This document shows positions 12,468 through 25,650 of a stretch of DNA of 64,000 bases, piece by piece; the stretch's first letter is position 1, and every line of letters starts with the position of its first letter. Under the pieces are notes generated by a model. The model worked only from the letters and a program-made list of their open reading frames with translations. It was not told where the DNA came from and did no database searches. The position numbers and the translations under genes were made by a program. Source of the stretch: Chara braunii (Eukaryota; Plantae; Charophyceae); assembly GCA_003427395.1 (NCBI GenBank), contig BFEA01000033.1, positions 3,328,676 to 3,392,675 of the forward strand, in the 5' to 3' direction.

Positions 12468-13823
12468 TGTAATGACCCGCACAGTTTTCAGTCTGAGCTA
12501 CCTTCATTTTTCTGAGAAAATTTCTTGCATTGATATGTTTGCTGAGCTAGTCCGAGTCTGCTTTTCTGTATTTTCTGTGTCTGTGTGACCTTGTGATGAT
12601 GTTTGTATGCCCGTGTGCTTGCCTGTTTGCGTGGTTCACTGTGATTTCCTAGTTTGTCTGTTTTGCTATGTTGGCTGTGTGACTGGGATTAATACTGTTC
12701 TTTTGCTGGTTTTTTTTTCGAGTCCCGGCAAGGGTAGAATGGAAATAGGTAGAATTGCAGGGTTGGTACTGGAATTGGACACTGGATTTGAAAGGCCAGG
12801 ACGGATAAGGACAAAACGTAGAATTTGGGAAGCACCCCGAGGGGCTGCGGTTCCAGTAACTCGGGTAGGCCCAAGTGAAGTCTGGTAGGCTTAGGAAGGT
12901 CTGGTAGCTTCCAAAAGAGGTCATTGGTGTTCAGGCGTTCATCTAACTAGCTTTCAGGTTAGATACAGGCCCAGTATTTGGATTGCAGACTGCAATGATG
13001 TTCAAGCGTAAGAACAGGCATTTCCATAGGCTCAGTGCCTCGGAAGAGCCAGTAGAACCCGGCCAAGAGAGGCTGGAGGCTGGGTAAACAAGAGCATACT
13101 ATTCGGCAGCAATGAGAGAGCACACACATTACCTGGCAGTCATGCTGCTGCTCCGCACAGAAGGTGAAGTTAGGTGAAGCTCTGGCTGAGCGGTGGAGCT
13201 GGAGGGTAAAGGAGAAGACCTCCATGGCTACGGAGGAGGGGAGGGGAGGGTGAAGGACCTCAAGCTTGGTCATGGTGAAGGGTGGAGGAAGAGAGTTGAG
13301 GGAGAGGGACAGGAAGAAGTAAGGAATGTACATGGGAGACTTACCTATGGCTATGTTAGATGTTCATCTCCACCTTGGTTGGTGCTGCATCAAGAAGCCC
13401 CCTGTGTGGTACCGGCTGGTCTTGGGCTGCATCCGAGAGTGTGGCTATCGCGATATAACATGGGAAAGGCACAGTAGTGGTTGTATTGCCTTTTGAACAT
13501 CTGTGGTGGACATGGATCACCTGCGATAGCTAGATATGTGACGGAGAGGAGCAGAGTACAATGAGGCTGAAAGAGAGCTCTTTTACGTGCTGGAAGTAAG
13601 GGGGAACACTCGGACATGACTCCTGGTCATTCACTCATTTGTTGTTTGCATTGATTGGTTATTTGAAGAGGTGGAGGAAGGGAGAAGAAGATGAGAGGGG
13701 GGTTTTCGTCTTCTATCCTCATCATTCTATTCCACTCCTCTCTTTCTGCTTCTTCTTGACTGCAGCACGTCGTGCATTTCCTCACATATGAGTTTGCATT
13801 ATGGGCGATGAGCGATCATAACA
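12468..13823 (+). mobile_element. Solo LTR of the Gypsy lineage seen at 27788-38378 and 60.5-64 kb
   Basis: Starts TGTAATGACCCGC and ends GATCATAACA. Flanked by CAAC on both sides (4-bp TSD). Internal CAGACTGCAATGATGTTC is the reverse complement of ~28483-28500. Confidence 0.7.
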
Positions 13824-15128
13824 CAACCAAAGCTCTCCCTAATGCAATCCATCTTTTTTCTGGACTTCTCTGTTTCCGTCCTTAGTAGTGATTTGCTTAG
13901 TAATTCCAACTGGAGGGTCGACTCTTTCAACATTCTCCCTCTTCTTGTCTACATCTATTATTTTCCTCCTCCGGGGCCTCCCTAAATTGATTTTGTTTTT
14001 CCCTGCTTCTCCCTTGTCTGTCTTGCTGAGCAACTTTCTCAAAGACATCACCGCTTCACCATCATTGAGCTACCTACTACCCATAACCTGCATTGATATC
14101 CCTATACTACTAAAGGAAACAGCGGTCCTCGCGTGGGTCCCAACAGAAACCGGGTGGCGCCGCGCGGGACCGGTTACGGGCAGCGGGTAAGGGGGAACCG
14201 GTGGAACTCAGGGTGAGGGGCGAATCCCAGCACGCGCGAGCAGAAGAGGAGTTGGTCCAGCTGCGGACGAACCGGGTTGTCTGCTGCTCACGTGGAGCGG
14301 GATTTGTCGGGATGTCGAGGATTGAGACGGGTGGGGCCCGAAGCGAGGCTGAAGTGACGTGACGGGCGGGGCGAGGCGGGAAGTGGCATGGCATGAATTG
14401 GCTACCGGCAAGGCGACGGGCGGGGCAGCGCCCTTTCGTGCGGGGGGGGGCGGGCGGGGGAGAGAGAGAGAGAGAGAGAGAGAGAGNNNNNNNNNNNNNN
14501 NNNNNNNNNNNNNNNNNNNNNNNNNNNNNNNNNNNNNNNNNNNNNNNNNNNNNNNNNNNNNNNNNNNNNNNNNNNNNNNNNNNNNNNNNNNNNNNNNNNN
14601 NNNNNNNNNNNNNNNNNNNNNNNNNNNNNNNNNNNNNNNNNNNNNNNNNNNNNNNNNNNNNNNNNNNNNNNNNNNNNNNNNNNNNNNNNNNNNNNNNNNN
14701 NNNNNNNNNNNNNNNNNNNNNNNNNNNNNNNNNNNNNNNNNNNNNNNNNNNNNNNNNNNNNNNNNNNNNNNNNNNNNNNNNNNNNNNNNNNNNNNNNNNN
14801 NNNNNNNNNNNNNNNNNNNNNNNNNNNNNNNNNNNNNNNNNNNNNNNNNNNNNNNNNNNNNNNNNNNNNNNNNNNNNNNNNNNNNNNNNNNNNNNNNNNN
14901 NNNNNNNNNNNNNNNNNNNNNNNNNNNNNNNNNNNNNNNNNNNNNNNNNNNNNNNNNNNNNNNNNNNNNNNNNNNNNNNNNNNNNNNNNNNNNNNNNNNN
15001 NNNNNNNNNNNNNNNNNNNNNTTTTTGTGTGTGTGTGTGGGTGTGGGTGTGTGTGTGAGAGAGAGAGAGAGTTTTCCAGCCATGCACGCGGAGAGATAGA
15101 GAGAGGCTACTTCCATCGATAGGATGAA

Positions 15129-16098
15129 TGCAATCAGACTCACTTTCTTCTTCAACTCGCATGCATGCAAACAGATGGAAATGTACACTAGCGCTGTGCG
15201 CCCACACAAAGCTTGGAGATATTCAAGTAGAGAACACAGTTCAGATACAAACTTGCTTTCAACTGGCTATGGGGCCTCAGCGCCAAACATCCTTCCCTTC
15301 TCGTGTTCCCGACCAACTGTTCGCACACACTCACACTCAACTCTGGATCTCCTTGGATACTCCACGCACACTCACTCTGTGTCCGCACATACACACAAGT
15401 ACCTATCACTAGCTATGGCAGTTATGGCCGCTGGCTATCTCTACTACAAGCAGCTATGGCTGCTCTGACTCCGCTTCTGCCCACTTCGACTTCGGGCAAT
15501 CTGCAGACCACCTTGCACAAGACGCTAGGGCAGCGCTTCCGCATGGCTCACGCAGGAATGAATGAATGGCTGGTCGCTGCCTCTTGATTTATACTTCTGT
15601 TGGACACTGGTCTGCTCCCTTTATACACACAGTCCCACATGGTACTTGCTGACTGGACAAAGTGAGACTGGGACTGGGTACCGCTGACTAAGCAAAGTTG
15701 GACTCACCACTTGCCCACTTGCCTCTAGTCTATTGTGAGCAACGTTCGAAAGGCCACTTCCGGACCTTCCAGAAGCCTGCGGACTTGGCCTTTCGACCTT
15801 GACCTTTCAGAATTGCTACACCTACAGACTGGACCTTCCAGAAGCCTGCGGACTTGGCCTTTCGACGTTGACCTTTCAGAATTGCTACACCTACAGACTC
15901 TACACAACTATGACCCCTACTCGACAGGCCTAGGGTTCAAGACCCGATAACTACATCGACCCACGATAGACAACAACTAAGTCCTAATACGCAGGTCACG
16001 GGTTCAAACACACAGGGGTACTGTACACGGGTGAGGTGAGGGCTAGGGATCGAGTCGTGGGATTTGCATCTGCTACTGCAAAGGTGAAAACCGTTTCA
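15129..16098 (-). repeat. 3' LTR (970 bp, with an internal ~69-bp tandem duplication at ~15762-15899)
   Basis: Direct repeat of 23313-24233. Purine-rich GGCGGGAG lies immediately upstream on the minus strand. Confidence 0.93.
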
Positions 16099-16136
16099 CT
16101 CCCGCCGGCCTAAATTCGAGGTCCTTCGAGAATGCT

Positions 16137-19100
16137 TCAGTCCAAGGCAGGACCTTTACCTTTCCTATCTCTCTCATAGGCTCGAACTATATCGGGAGCA
16201 GCCTCTAGAAGTTCTGTTCGTGTGAACCGGCGGTCATCCTCGGGTTCCTGAAAAGAGAATCTAACTTTATATTGTTTCTGCGGACGACCTCTACCTCCCG
16301 TTTTGAAGACATCTTCATCTACTATGCCGTCAATGTCGTACCTTCCATCCATGTCCGGAGGGATCATGGATCTTCGTGATGGAAACTGTTGACTTGTGGT
16401 GCAAGGCAACAACTTTGAGGCATGAAAAACTGGGTAGGTGTGGAGGTGCACTGGAATCTCTATTGTGTAGGACGGTCCATCCTCTCCGCCCTTAACTTCT
16501 AGAACTGGCCACGGTCCTCTGTAAGCAGGCAACAATTTTTGTGAGATGTTCTCCTCAAGAACAAACTCTTTTGACTTGACCAAGACTAAGTCGCCTACCT
16601 GAAACTGTGACGGGCGACGGTGCTTATTGGCCTGTTCTATCATCTTATGCTGGGCTTTCCTGAGGTTGTCTACAACGGTAGCTATCTCTTTCTCATGCTG
16701 TATTGCGAACTCCCTAGTACCGGGCGGTAGCCTCCGGATCTGATCCCGGTTCAGTCCTTCAAACGGTCTACGCGGCCTAAAGGACTTGTGTAACTCGTTG
16801 GGAGTGCGGCATGTCGCTCTATGCAGAGTGCGGCAGGTTGCTCTATGCTTGCTATTGTTGTATGCGCTGGCTACCTTTGGGAGCATCTCATCCCAATTGA
16901 CTTGATCAGGTCTAATATACATTCTCAGAACTTGCTGCAGGATCGTTTTCATCTGTTCAGTCTGACCGTTAGTCTCTAGATGACGATCAGATGACATCAA
17001 TAATCTAGAGCCATAGACTCTCATCAACTCCTGCCAGTTTTGACTAGTGAACTGGTTATCTCTATCACTAACTATAGACAACGGTAACCCGTGATCACTG
17101 ACCCAATGGTCGAAGAACTTTTGTATTACTAAATTTGTACGTGCCTCTGAAGACAAGGGAACAAAAACTGCATACTTGCTAAATCTATCCACTATAACCA
17201 TGGCTTGGCTCTTGCCATGCCTACTCTTGACTCCTGCATCCATAAAGTTGATGGACACAGAATCTTCGGGCCCATCGGGAATAGGCAGGGGTCTGAGAAG
17301 ACCAAGAGGGTCTCGCGTAGTGGTCTTATTTCGCTGGCACACCTTACAACTGCGTACATACTCTATGCAGTCAGCCTTCATACCAGGCCACGTATACGCA
17401 TGCATAAGGTTGGCTAATGTCTTCTGCCAACCGAAGTGTCCCTCTGTGTCGTGACATTCCCCTAGGATCAAACTACGGATTTCCTCGTTGTTGGGGACGC
17501 ACAGACGGTCAGCTACGTTAGTCTTCTCGAATAGTAACCCATCGGTAGTGCGGTAATCTGGTTCTGTCCTTGGGGCCTCCTTCACTCTCTTGAGGAGGTC
17601 ACTATAGATAGGGTCCTGTTCATATGCCTCTTTAACTTTTTGCTGCAGATAGTGTACTAGAGGGTCCACTACTACATTCTATTTTCCATTTACAGGCTTG
17701 AGCTCAAAGTCGAACTGGTCTATTTATGCGGCCCACCTAGTAAGCTTAGGTGTCATCTTGGCTTGTGTCTTCAACCACCTCAGCGTCTCGTGGTCTGAAT
17801 ACACTTTGAAGTGCCTCCCAAGCAAGTAGTGCTTCCAGTGGTCTAATGCTTGCCTGAGAGTGTAGAGTTCCCTCTCATAGGTTGATGTTGCTACCTTCTC
17901 TGAAGGCATCCTAGCAGACATGAACTCTACGGGTCTATACCCATTGCCATCGTCTTGTTGTAAAACAGTGCCTATGTCGTACTGATTGGCGTCAGTAGTA
18001 ACAACGAAAGGAAGGGATAGATCGGCTACCTTGAGGATTATGTACTCTATCAAAGCCCGCTTCAACTTCTTCAGGGCTGATGTACAATCTTTGTCCCACT
18101 TCCATATCGCCTCTTTCTTTAGCAATCTACGAAGGGGTGTAGCGACGGTAGAAAAGTTCCTAACGAACTTTCTAAAGTAATTTTCCAACCCTAGGAACGA
18201 CCGCAACTCTGTCAGCGTGTGGGGAGTCAGCCAGTCTCTAATTGCTGCGATTTTACTGTCCTCAGGCTTTATGCCATCTCCATCTAAGGCGTGGCCCAAG
18301 TACAGGACTTGCGTCTTGGCCCACTCGCACTTCTTCGCGTTGATCTTGAAGTTATCTTCCCTCAACTTCTCCAAGACCTGCCTCAGATGGCCCTCATACT
18401 CGTGGAGGGTCTTACTAAAGACTAAAATATCATCTAGATATACGACTACGAACCTATCTAAAGAAGGCCTAAATAAATCATTCATACAGCGTTGAAAGGT
18501 AGTTGGGGCATTGGTTAGTCCAAAAGGCATTCCTATAAACTCGTAGTGCGCGTATCTAGTTCTAAACACCGTCTTCTGCTGATCATCAGGATAGACCTGT
18601 ATCTGATGATAGCCTGACTTCAAGTCTATCTTTGAAAAGTATTTGAAGCCCTGCACACGATCTAGCAGATTATCTATACGGGGCAGTGGTTCTTCATTCT
18701 TCACTGTGATGGTGTTAAGACCTCTATAGTCAATACACACACGAAGCTCTCCCTCCTTTTTGAGGGCAAAAAGAACAGGTGCTCCAAATGGAGATGACCT
18801 GAGCCCAATCCAACCCTTTTCGAGGGGCTCGTCTAGCTGCTTGTGTAGCTCTTCTAACTCTCGTGGGGACATTCTATAGACGGCCCCCTTAAGAGTCCTA
18901 CTGCCAGGCTCTATCTCGATGCGATGTTGGATTGGCTGCAACACTACACCTATAGGCGGCTCAGACAAGTCTGCGTACTCCTCCAACAACTTGACAATAG
19001 TTGGGTTAGTGGGTTCCTCTTCCTTAGGCTCAGTAACAGGCCATACATAGGCTACAAAGACCTGTTCCTCTAATTGCTCCTTCACTAATCGCGTGAACGC

Positions 19101-19574
19101 GGGAGCACTGAGGCAGCAATGTGCCAGAGAATTATCTACTCCTGACACATGGAACAAGTGGGTTGTCTTCTCTTCGCCTGATGGACTAGGGAGCCTACAC
19201 TGATGCTCTCTTAAATGGAGTGTGGCCCCTGCTGCCTCTCCCCAATCCATTCCCAAAACTATGTCGAATTGGAGACTGTCTTCTACGAGGAGAGTCAAGG
19301 AATGAAGGACTTTCTCTACCTTCCCATTCGTCTCTAGGCGAAAGTACGCCTGGACTCCCTCGACATAGTCTTCGATTCGCGTAGTGCGATTGTCTGCGAG
19401 GATGCTAACTATAGGGTCAACTAACTTTTGGACTTTCAAATTAAGCTTCAGCTTCTGTAGAGCCTTCTTGCTAATATAGCTGCGGGTGGCCCCACTATCT
19501 ATAAGGGCCCCTACTCTACCTTTGAAAATCTCTACATCTACCAAAACTAGTTGTCCTTTCGCATCTTTCTTCAT
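16137..19574 (-). pseudogene. pol: Gypsy pol: protease, RT, RNase H, integrase, chromodomain; two in-frame stops between RNase H and integrase
   Basis: ALIDSGAT, KIDLKSGYHQI, MPFGLTNAP, YLDD, TTDA, HDTEGHFG..CKVC, IVSDRD, GPWPV..PVFHASKL, chromodomain YDIDGIVD..YKVRF. The linker reads RWAA*IDQFDFELKPVNGK*NVVVDPL. Confidence 0.95.
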
Positions 19575-19835
19575 TTGGCCCAGACAGGCATTCTTTCCTT
19601 CAACTCTTCTGCCACGCCTGTGAGGGAACTGCCTAGAGAGACTCTAACACAAGCAGTCTCTGGACAGAGCTGTCTAGGCATTGGCCAGCAACCTCTGTCG
19701 TAGACACATCTGTTTTGGGAGTTTCTTTGTGGTGTCTCTCTTCTCCACATGGTCTAGGGGTAGGGGCAGTTGCAACCCCTACCGGCGGTTGCCTTTTGCT
19801 GCCTGTGCAGCAAACCAGACTTCTTTATATTTAGG

Positions 19836-21791
19836 GCAATATTGTATGATGTGCCCAGGATCACCGCAATAGATGCATTGATCCTGGTCTATTCGCCTCT
19901 GCCGCACTGTTTGTTCGAAGCCCACTGATTCCCGGGGCCGACCCTCAGGCCGACCAAGGTGCCATCCACCCGACGTGGGAGGTGACCGACTAGAGCGACG
20001 ACGGTTTGACGGGGGACCTTGACCCCGTCCTCCTGCTTGGCGGTTTCCCCTCTCGCCAACCCCCTGGCCGCTTTGCCCTCGACCACCAGAGGCCTGGCCC
20101 CTTTGGCCTTGGCCCCTTCCTTTCCCTTGCGGCTCCCTCCGACCGCGACAGCAGCATAGGTCCTCCCTTGGCCAGTGCCGCTATCTTCCTCATCAAGGCC
20201 CCGCTCAAGCTCACTATACGGGACCTCTTCTAGACCACCCTCATCTAATGTAAGAATAAGGCTATCTTTAGCCTTGACCTGACTGGTGATGGTGTGGCCT
20301 TTCCACTTTTTCCCTTTGGCGAGGTCCTTATGCCAGAAAGTGGTAACTGGCATGGACCGAGCCTCGAAGGCAACAACCTCCCTACTTAGCGTATCATACG
20401 TCATGTTGGGTTGCTGCTTTCTATCAAAGAAATGCCCATGCAACTTCTCGGGCATAGTGCGGTAAAATAATTGGACCAGTTGGGGCTCAATGACCCCATG
20501 GCCAGGAACGGCAACAAGCTCATCCATGGCGGTCTTCATCGCCCTAGCACTCTTCCACTGTCTCGTGTGGACAGTTTGCAACTTGTCAGAAGCCCTGAGG
20601 CCCCTAGTGACATCTGTGAAACGCTCTCGCAGGGCGCTGAGGAATTCACTGAGGGGGGTAAGGATGGAGTATGTGACCATATCGTTTTCGCATTTGGCAG
20701 CGAGGGCTAACGATCTGGCAAAATTGGTTGCTTCATCTTTAAGGCCATGAAAGGCGACAAGGACCTGGTCCTCGGGCGCAATATTCTGAAGATGCACATA
20801 GGAGTTCACATTCGCCTCCCAGTTGTCAAAATCCTCTCCAGCTTTCCCACTATAGTGATCAGGAAACTTGACCTTTACGCGCTTTCTACGTGGCCGGGCC
20901 TCTTCTTCTTTGGGGCCCACTATTCTTGGCACCTTCAATGGCGCCCATGCAAAACTTCTGCTCCATAATTGTGTGTGATTCGGTGCCTACATACATCATC
21001 ATATCCTTTGCAAAATCTTTAAAACCGGTGCGCATAGATTGCAGCGTAATAGAGTGGCCCTTTAAATAGCGCAACTGTTCTTGCTGCGCCTTCAGCATTA
21101 CCTCTACACTCTGTGATAGGATCTCCACCTTCCTTTGGAGATCGATTTGCGCTGCCAACTTCCCATGTTCTACTTCCGCTGCCCTCGAATCCTCCTCCAC
21201 TTTCTCGGCCGCCTCCAATCTTCTTTTCCTCTTGCGGGCAAGGTGGAGTTTCCACTCTAACTTTTTATCCTCCTCCATCGCCTGTCGCTTCATGGGATTC
21301 TCTTCACCCTCCAATTCCCTAGCAAACTGTTCCCACTCTGCCTGAGGGGCAAACAACAATGCTTCGTCCTCCTCCCCCAAGGCCAATTTGGCTACCCACT
21401 CGTTCACCAACCTCTCCATCTTAGCGTCTGCCTCCATCTGGGCTTCTGTCTCCCGCGCTCCACTGGATTCCCCTCTCTCTTCTGTTCTTCCTCTCCTTTC
21501 CAGTGGTACCTCTACTTCTTCTTCTGTCTCTGACTCTATTGCTGCCAATTTCTCCTCGTGTTCCTTTTTCCACTTTTGAAACTCCTCCATTTGCTTCTGC
21601 TTGGCCTTTTGCTCCTCCATCATGGCCAGCATCTTTGCCTGTTTAATAAGCTCCCCGTTCTCCATCTTCTCCTTCTTCTCTCTCAGGATGGCGGCGACTT
21701 TCTCTTCTTGCTCTTTGGTGTACGGGGTGGTGCTCTTACCGCTGCGCAGGACAACCATGGTGTCAGATATACAACCGAGTGACAGTTCCAC
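19836..21791 (-). pseudogene. gag: Gypsy gag (coiled-coil N-terminus, capsid, CCHC knuckle), frameshifted
   Basis: ORFs 20886-21791 and 19889-20938 (KFPDHYSGKAGEDFDNW). Knuckle CIYCGDPGHIIQYC at 19836-19877 lies in another frame. Confidence 0.9.
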
Positions 21792-22867
21792 TCCTCACCA
21801 CTTAGACTTCCACCCCCTTAGTGACTTAACTGACTGACTGACACTCTTAGGACCACAAAGTCTTACCCTTCGATCCAGCCAAGTTACCACGGTTGACGGA
21901 AAGCTTTCGCCACCACTGTCCTTTACAAACCAGACCCAGATGCCCTGCACCTGCGGTCAATCCCACTTGGCTTTCTCTCCGGATCAGGACCCTGCCAACT
22001 AGGGTCACTAGCCTTGACCTACTCTAAGGCTGTCACAACAGAGCTCTACTGCTGATCAGGAGGCATTTAAGGAGATTCCCCATAACTCCTCGGGAATTCT
22101 TTAACGTCGCAGTCAGAACGACACGAGCAGTAGAGCTCTCTCAACACTTAGACAGCTGGTTGTGCAGCCCACAACTCGGATTTTGGGTCTACCATGCCAC
22201 ACTGAGCAGCCCGCCAGTCTGTACCGGTCCTTGGGAGGGTTTGTCCTCCGGGTTAGTCAGTTGTCAGACATGGCCTTTAGCCCTAATCAGCCCGTGTGGG
22301 TTTCATCAACGCAGCTCTATGACCTCATGCACGGAGTTCCTATCACCTGGACAAAAGAGACTCAATACAAAAAGAAGAGAGACAGACTCAGCGAGTACCA
22401 CGGGGTGAGTGCACATCCATAGGGCGAGGGGCTAGGCTGAAGGCTTGGCGAGAGTATACCAACTCCAGCTTGGTCAATTTCGTGGTCAACAGCCCCGGTC
22501 AACGCTGGTCAGCTCTTGGTCAACTCGTCGGGCAATGCCTTGGTCAACTCGTTGGGCAATGCCTTGGTCAATGCAAGTCAACTCCCTGGTCAACTCCTAC
22601 GTCAAAGTCTTGGTCAACGCTGGTCAACCCCTCGGTCAACGCCTTGGTCAACCCTCGACTCGGCTATGGCTGCCGACCCCTTTCTCTCCCCAACCTTCAC
22701 TTCCTTCTTTCTCTCTCCTTTCTTCTTCCTTCACCCCGGCTATGGCTTCTCTCTCCTTCGTCTCTCCCTCCTCCTTCACTGTCTTCTTTCTTCTTCGTTC
22801 ACTCCGTTTCCGAGCTCGGCGTCTATGGCCGGCACCTTCTTCCTTGGACCGCACAACAATCTTGTAT

Positions 22868-22926
<59 letters not shown>

Positions 22927-23116
22927 NNNNNNNNNNNNNNNNNNNNNNNNNNNNNNNNNNNNNNNNNNNNNNNNNNNNNNNNNNNNNNNNNNNNNNNNNN
23001 NNNNNNNNNNNNNNNNNNNNNNNNNNNNNNNNNNNNNNNNNNNNNNNNNNNNNNNNNNNNNNNNNNNNNNNNNNNNNNNNNNNNNNNNNNNNNNNNNNNN
23101 NNNNNNNNNNNNNNNN

Positions 23117-23189
<73 letters not shown>

Positions 23190-23299
23190 CGTCGTTGTCT
23201 TCTTTGCATCTACACGGCGCCTTGCTTCGTCGGCGCAGCTATGGCGGACCCTTCTTCGATGACGACGTTCTGCTATGGCGCGTGGAGTGGCGGGAACCA

Positions 23300-23311
23300 G
23301 CTCCGATACCA
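23300..23311 (-). promoter_or_regulatory. Primer-binding site (initiator tRNA-Met type)
   Basis: TGGTATCGGAGC on the minus strand, 1 nt from the LTR end; the canonical form is TGGTATCAGAGC. Confidence 0.9.
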
Positions 23312-23312
23312 A

Positions 23313-24233
23313 TGCAATCAGACTCACTTTCTTCTTCAACTCGCATGCATGCAAACAGATGGAAATGTACACTGGAGCTGTGCGCCCACACAAAGCTTGG
23401 AGATAGTTGAGAACACAGTTCAGATACGAACTTGCTTTCAACTGGCTATGGGGCCTCAGCGCCCAACATCCTTCCCTTCTCGTGTTCCCAACCAACTGTT
23501 CGCACACACTTACACTTAACTGTGGATCTCCCTGGATACTCCACACACACTCACTCTGTCTCTCACGCACATACGCACTAGTACCTATCACTAGCTATGG
23601 CAGCTATGGCCGCCGGCTATCTCTACTACAAGCAGCTATGGCTGCTCTGACTCTGCTTCTGCCCGCTTCGACTTCGGGCAATCTGCAGACCACCTTGCAC
23701 AAGACGCTAGGACATGGCTCACACACAGGAATGAATGAATGGCTGGTCGCTGCCTCTTGATTTATACTTCTGTTGGACGCTGGTCTGCTCCCTTTCCCCC
23801 GGGCCCTTGGTACACACAGTCCCACATGGTACTTGCTGACTGGACAAAGTGAGACTGGGACTGGGTACCGCTGACTAAGCAAAGTTGGACTCGCCACTTG
23901 CCCACTTGCCTCTAGTCTGCTGTGAGCAACGTTCGAAAGGCCACTTCCGGACCTTCCGGAAGCCTGCGGACTTGGCCTTTCAGAATTGTGGCAGTTACGA
24001 CCTTGACCTTTCAGAATTGCTACACCTACAGACTCTACACAACTATGACCCCTACTCGACAGGCCTAGGGTTCAAGACCCGATAGCTACATCGACCCATG
24101 ACAGACAACAACTAAGTTCTTATACGCAGGTCACGGGTTCAAACACACAGGGGTACTGTACACGGGTGAGGTGAGGTCTAGGGATTGAGCCCTGGGATTT
24201 GCATCTGCTACTGCAGAGGTGAAAACCGTTTCA
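23313..24233 (-). repeat. 5' LTR (921 bp)
   Basis: Direct repeat of 15129-16098, adjacent to the PBS. Confidence 0.93.
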
Positions 24234-24349
24234 ATGAGCAAGAATATGGAAATATACACTGCTTTCCAGCCATGCTATTTCCATCGATAGGATGAGCAAA
24301 ATCGGAATGAATCTTGCGCTAAAACATGGAAATATACACTGCCACTTCT

Positions 24350-24435
<86 letters not shown>

Positions 24436-24505
24436 GGTACTTCCATCGATGATAGGATGAGCAAAATCGAATGAATCTACCGCTAGAACATGGAAATATA
24501 CACAG
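24234..24505 (+). repeat. Tandem repeat units (CCATCGATAGGATGAGCAAAATC..GCTAGAACATGGAAATATACAC) into which the Gypsy inserted
   Basis: The same unit continues on the left flank (15110-15128). Related sequence appears inverted at ~3165-3206 and 35847-36285. Confidence 0.75.
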
Positions 24506-24659
24506 TTTTTTTTGTTTTTCTTTTTTTTTCTTTTTGTTTGTGTGTGCGAAAACTTAGCGACTGCCGAGGCATTTTGCAAAGTTGGGCAGCGTCCAGTGGG
24601 GGTACACTGCAAAGATGGGATCCAACTGATGGCTGGGTTGTTTCGCAAAATGTTTTGTC

Positions 24660-25650
24660 ATCGTCCTTCGCCGGTCCACTTGTAAGGAGTAATGTTTACT
24701 GACAGGGGCCAACAGTGTTGGAAGAGCTCGGTTGCTGCATTACCAAAGCTTGCCATGGTGCCTGAGCATGTGGCACTGCCATGCCTTGAGGAAATGCTGT
24801 CATTTTGTCCCGCAACGGAGGAGCTCAGTCGTTGTTGAAATGTCCTTGTAGGCTGTGTAGGACCCAGTTCACTATAGCCAGATTTCAACCTTCCGCCATG
24901 GCACATGGGGAAAAGTAGCTTGGTCATAACATGATGCACAGGAGGGGGAAGCAACCAGGCGGACAATATGAGCAAAACACAGCAGAAACCGAAAATTTGC
25001 AGCACTTGTTCAGTCGACCATAGATGTGTAGATCTGCCCAAACACATCAAGTGAGAGAGCAGGACTATAAGTAGCAGAAGATTGCTCATCTAGTTTAAGT
25101 TAACTCATGTCGAAATCATGTGCAGACCTCAGGTGGCGCATTGAGAAGGCAGATTCTCCACCTGTTGCCTGAATTCTTTCTCTGTCCCCTTTTGCCAGGA
25201 CCCAGTCCTAAGCACAGCAATGAACCCTCCACATGAACTATTCCACAAACCACGAAACCCAGCTGCCCAACACCTGGGATCTAGCTGACAGGAAAACATT
25301 ATGAAACAAAAACACCTCAAAGCTGGTTAATGAGACTGCCTCTGCACTAGGAAGTGAAGTTTTAGCATGTGACCTGTTTCACAATAGTTTCGGCTGCTGC
25401 ATCTGATTTTATGACGGTTTCTCTTTCCCTTGATCAGGAATCTGTGATTGTTTGTTCTATTCAGCCAGTTGATGCGTCTGCTTCCCAGCTCCCGTGGACA
25501 GTAGGTTCTCAACCTTTGGTCGACTAGTCTATTGGTCACCGGATCACTGCTGCACCGAGTGCTAGACGTGTTTTTTTGCAGACACGTGCACTTTGCACGT
25601 GCAAAGGTGAGCTGCTGTTGACAATTGAAGTATGTCACTTGTACTTTGCA
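24660..25650 (-). mobile_element. Possible highly decayed Mutator-like transposase remnant
   Basis: Only weak fragments in different frames (GFIAVLRTGSWQ, FLLCFAHIV, HFLKAW..W) reminiscent of MULE transposases. Many stops. Confidence 0.2.

Larger units (their letters stand above)
15129..24233 (-). mobile_element. Near-complete chromodomain-bearing Ty3/Gypsy LTR retrotransposon (inactive copy)
   Basis: Two LTRs with TG...CA ends (15129-16098 and 23313-24233), tRNA-Met PBS, gag, protease DSGA, RT YLDD, RNase H, integrase and chromodomain. Flanks ATGAA/ATGAG form a 5-bp TSD with one mismatch. Confidence 0.97.
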
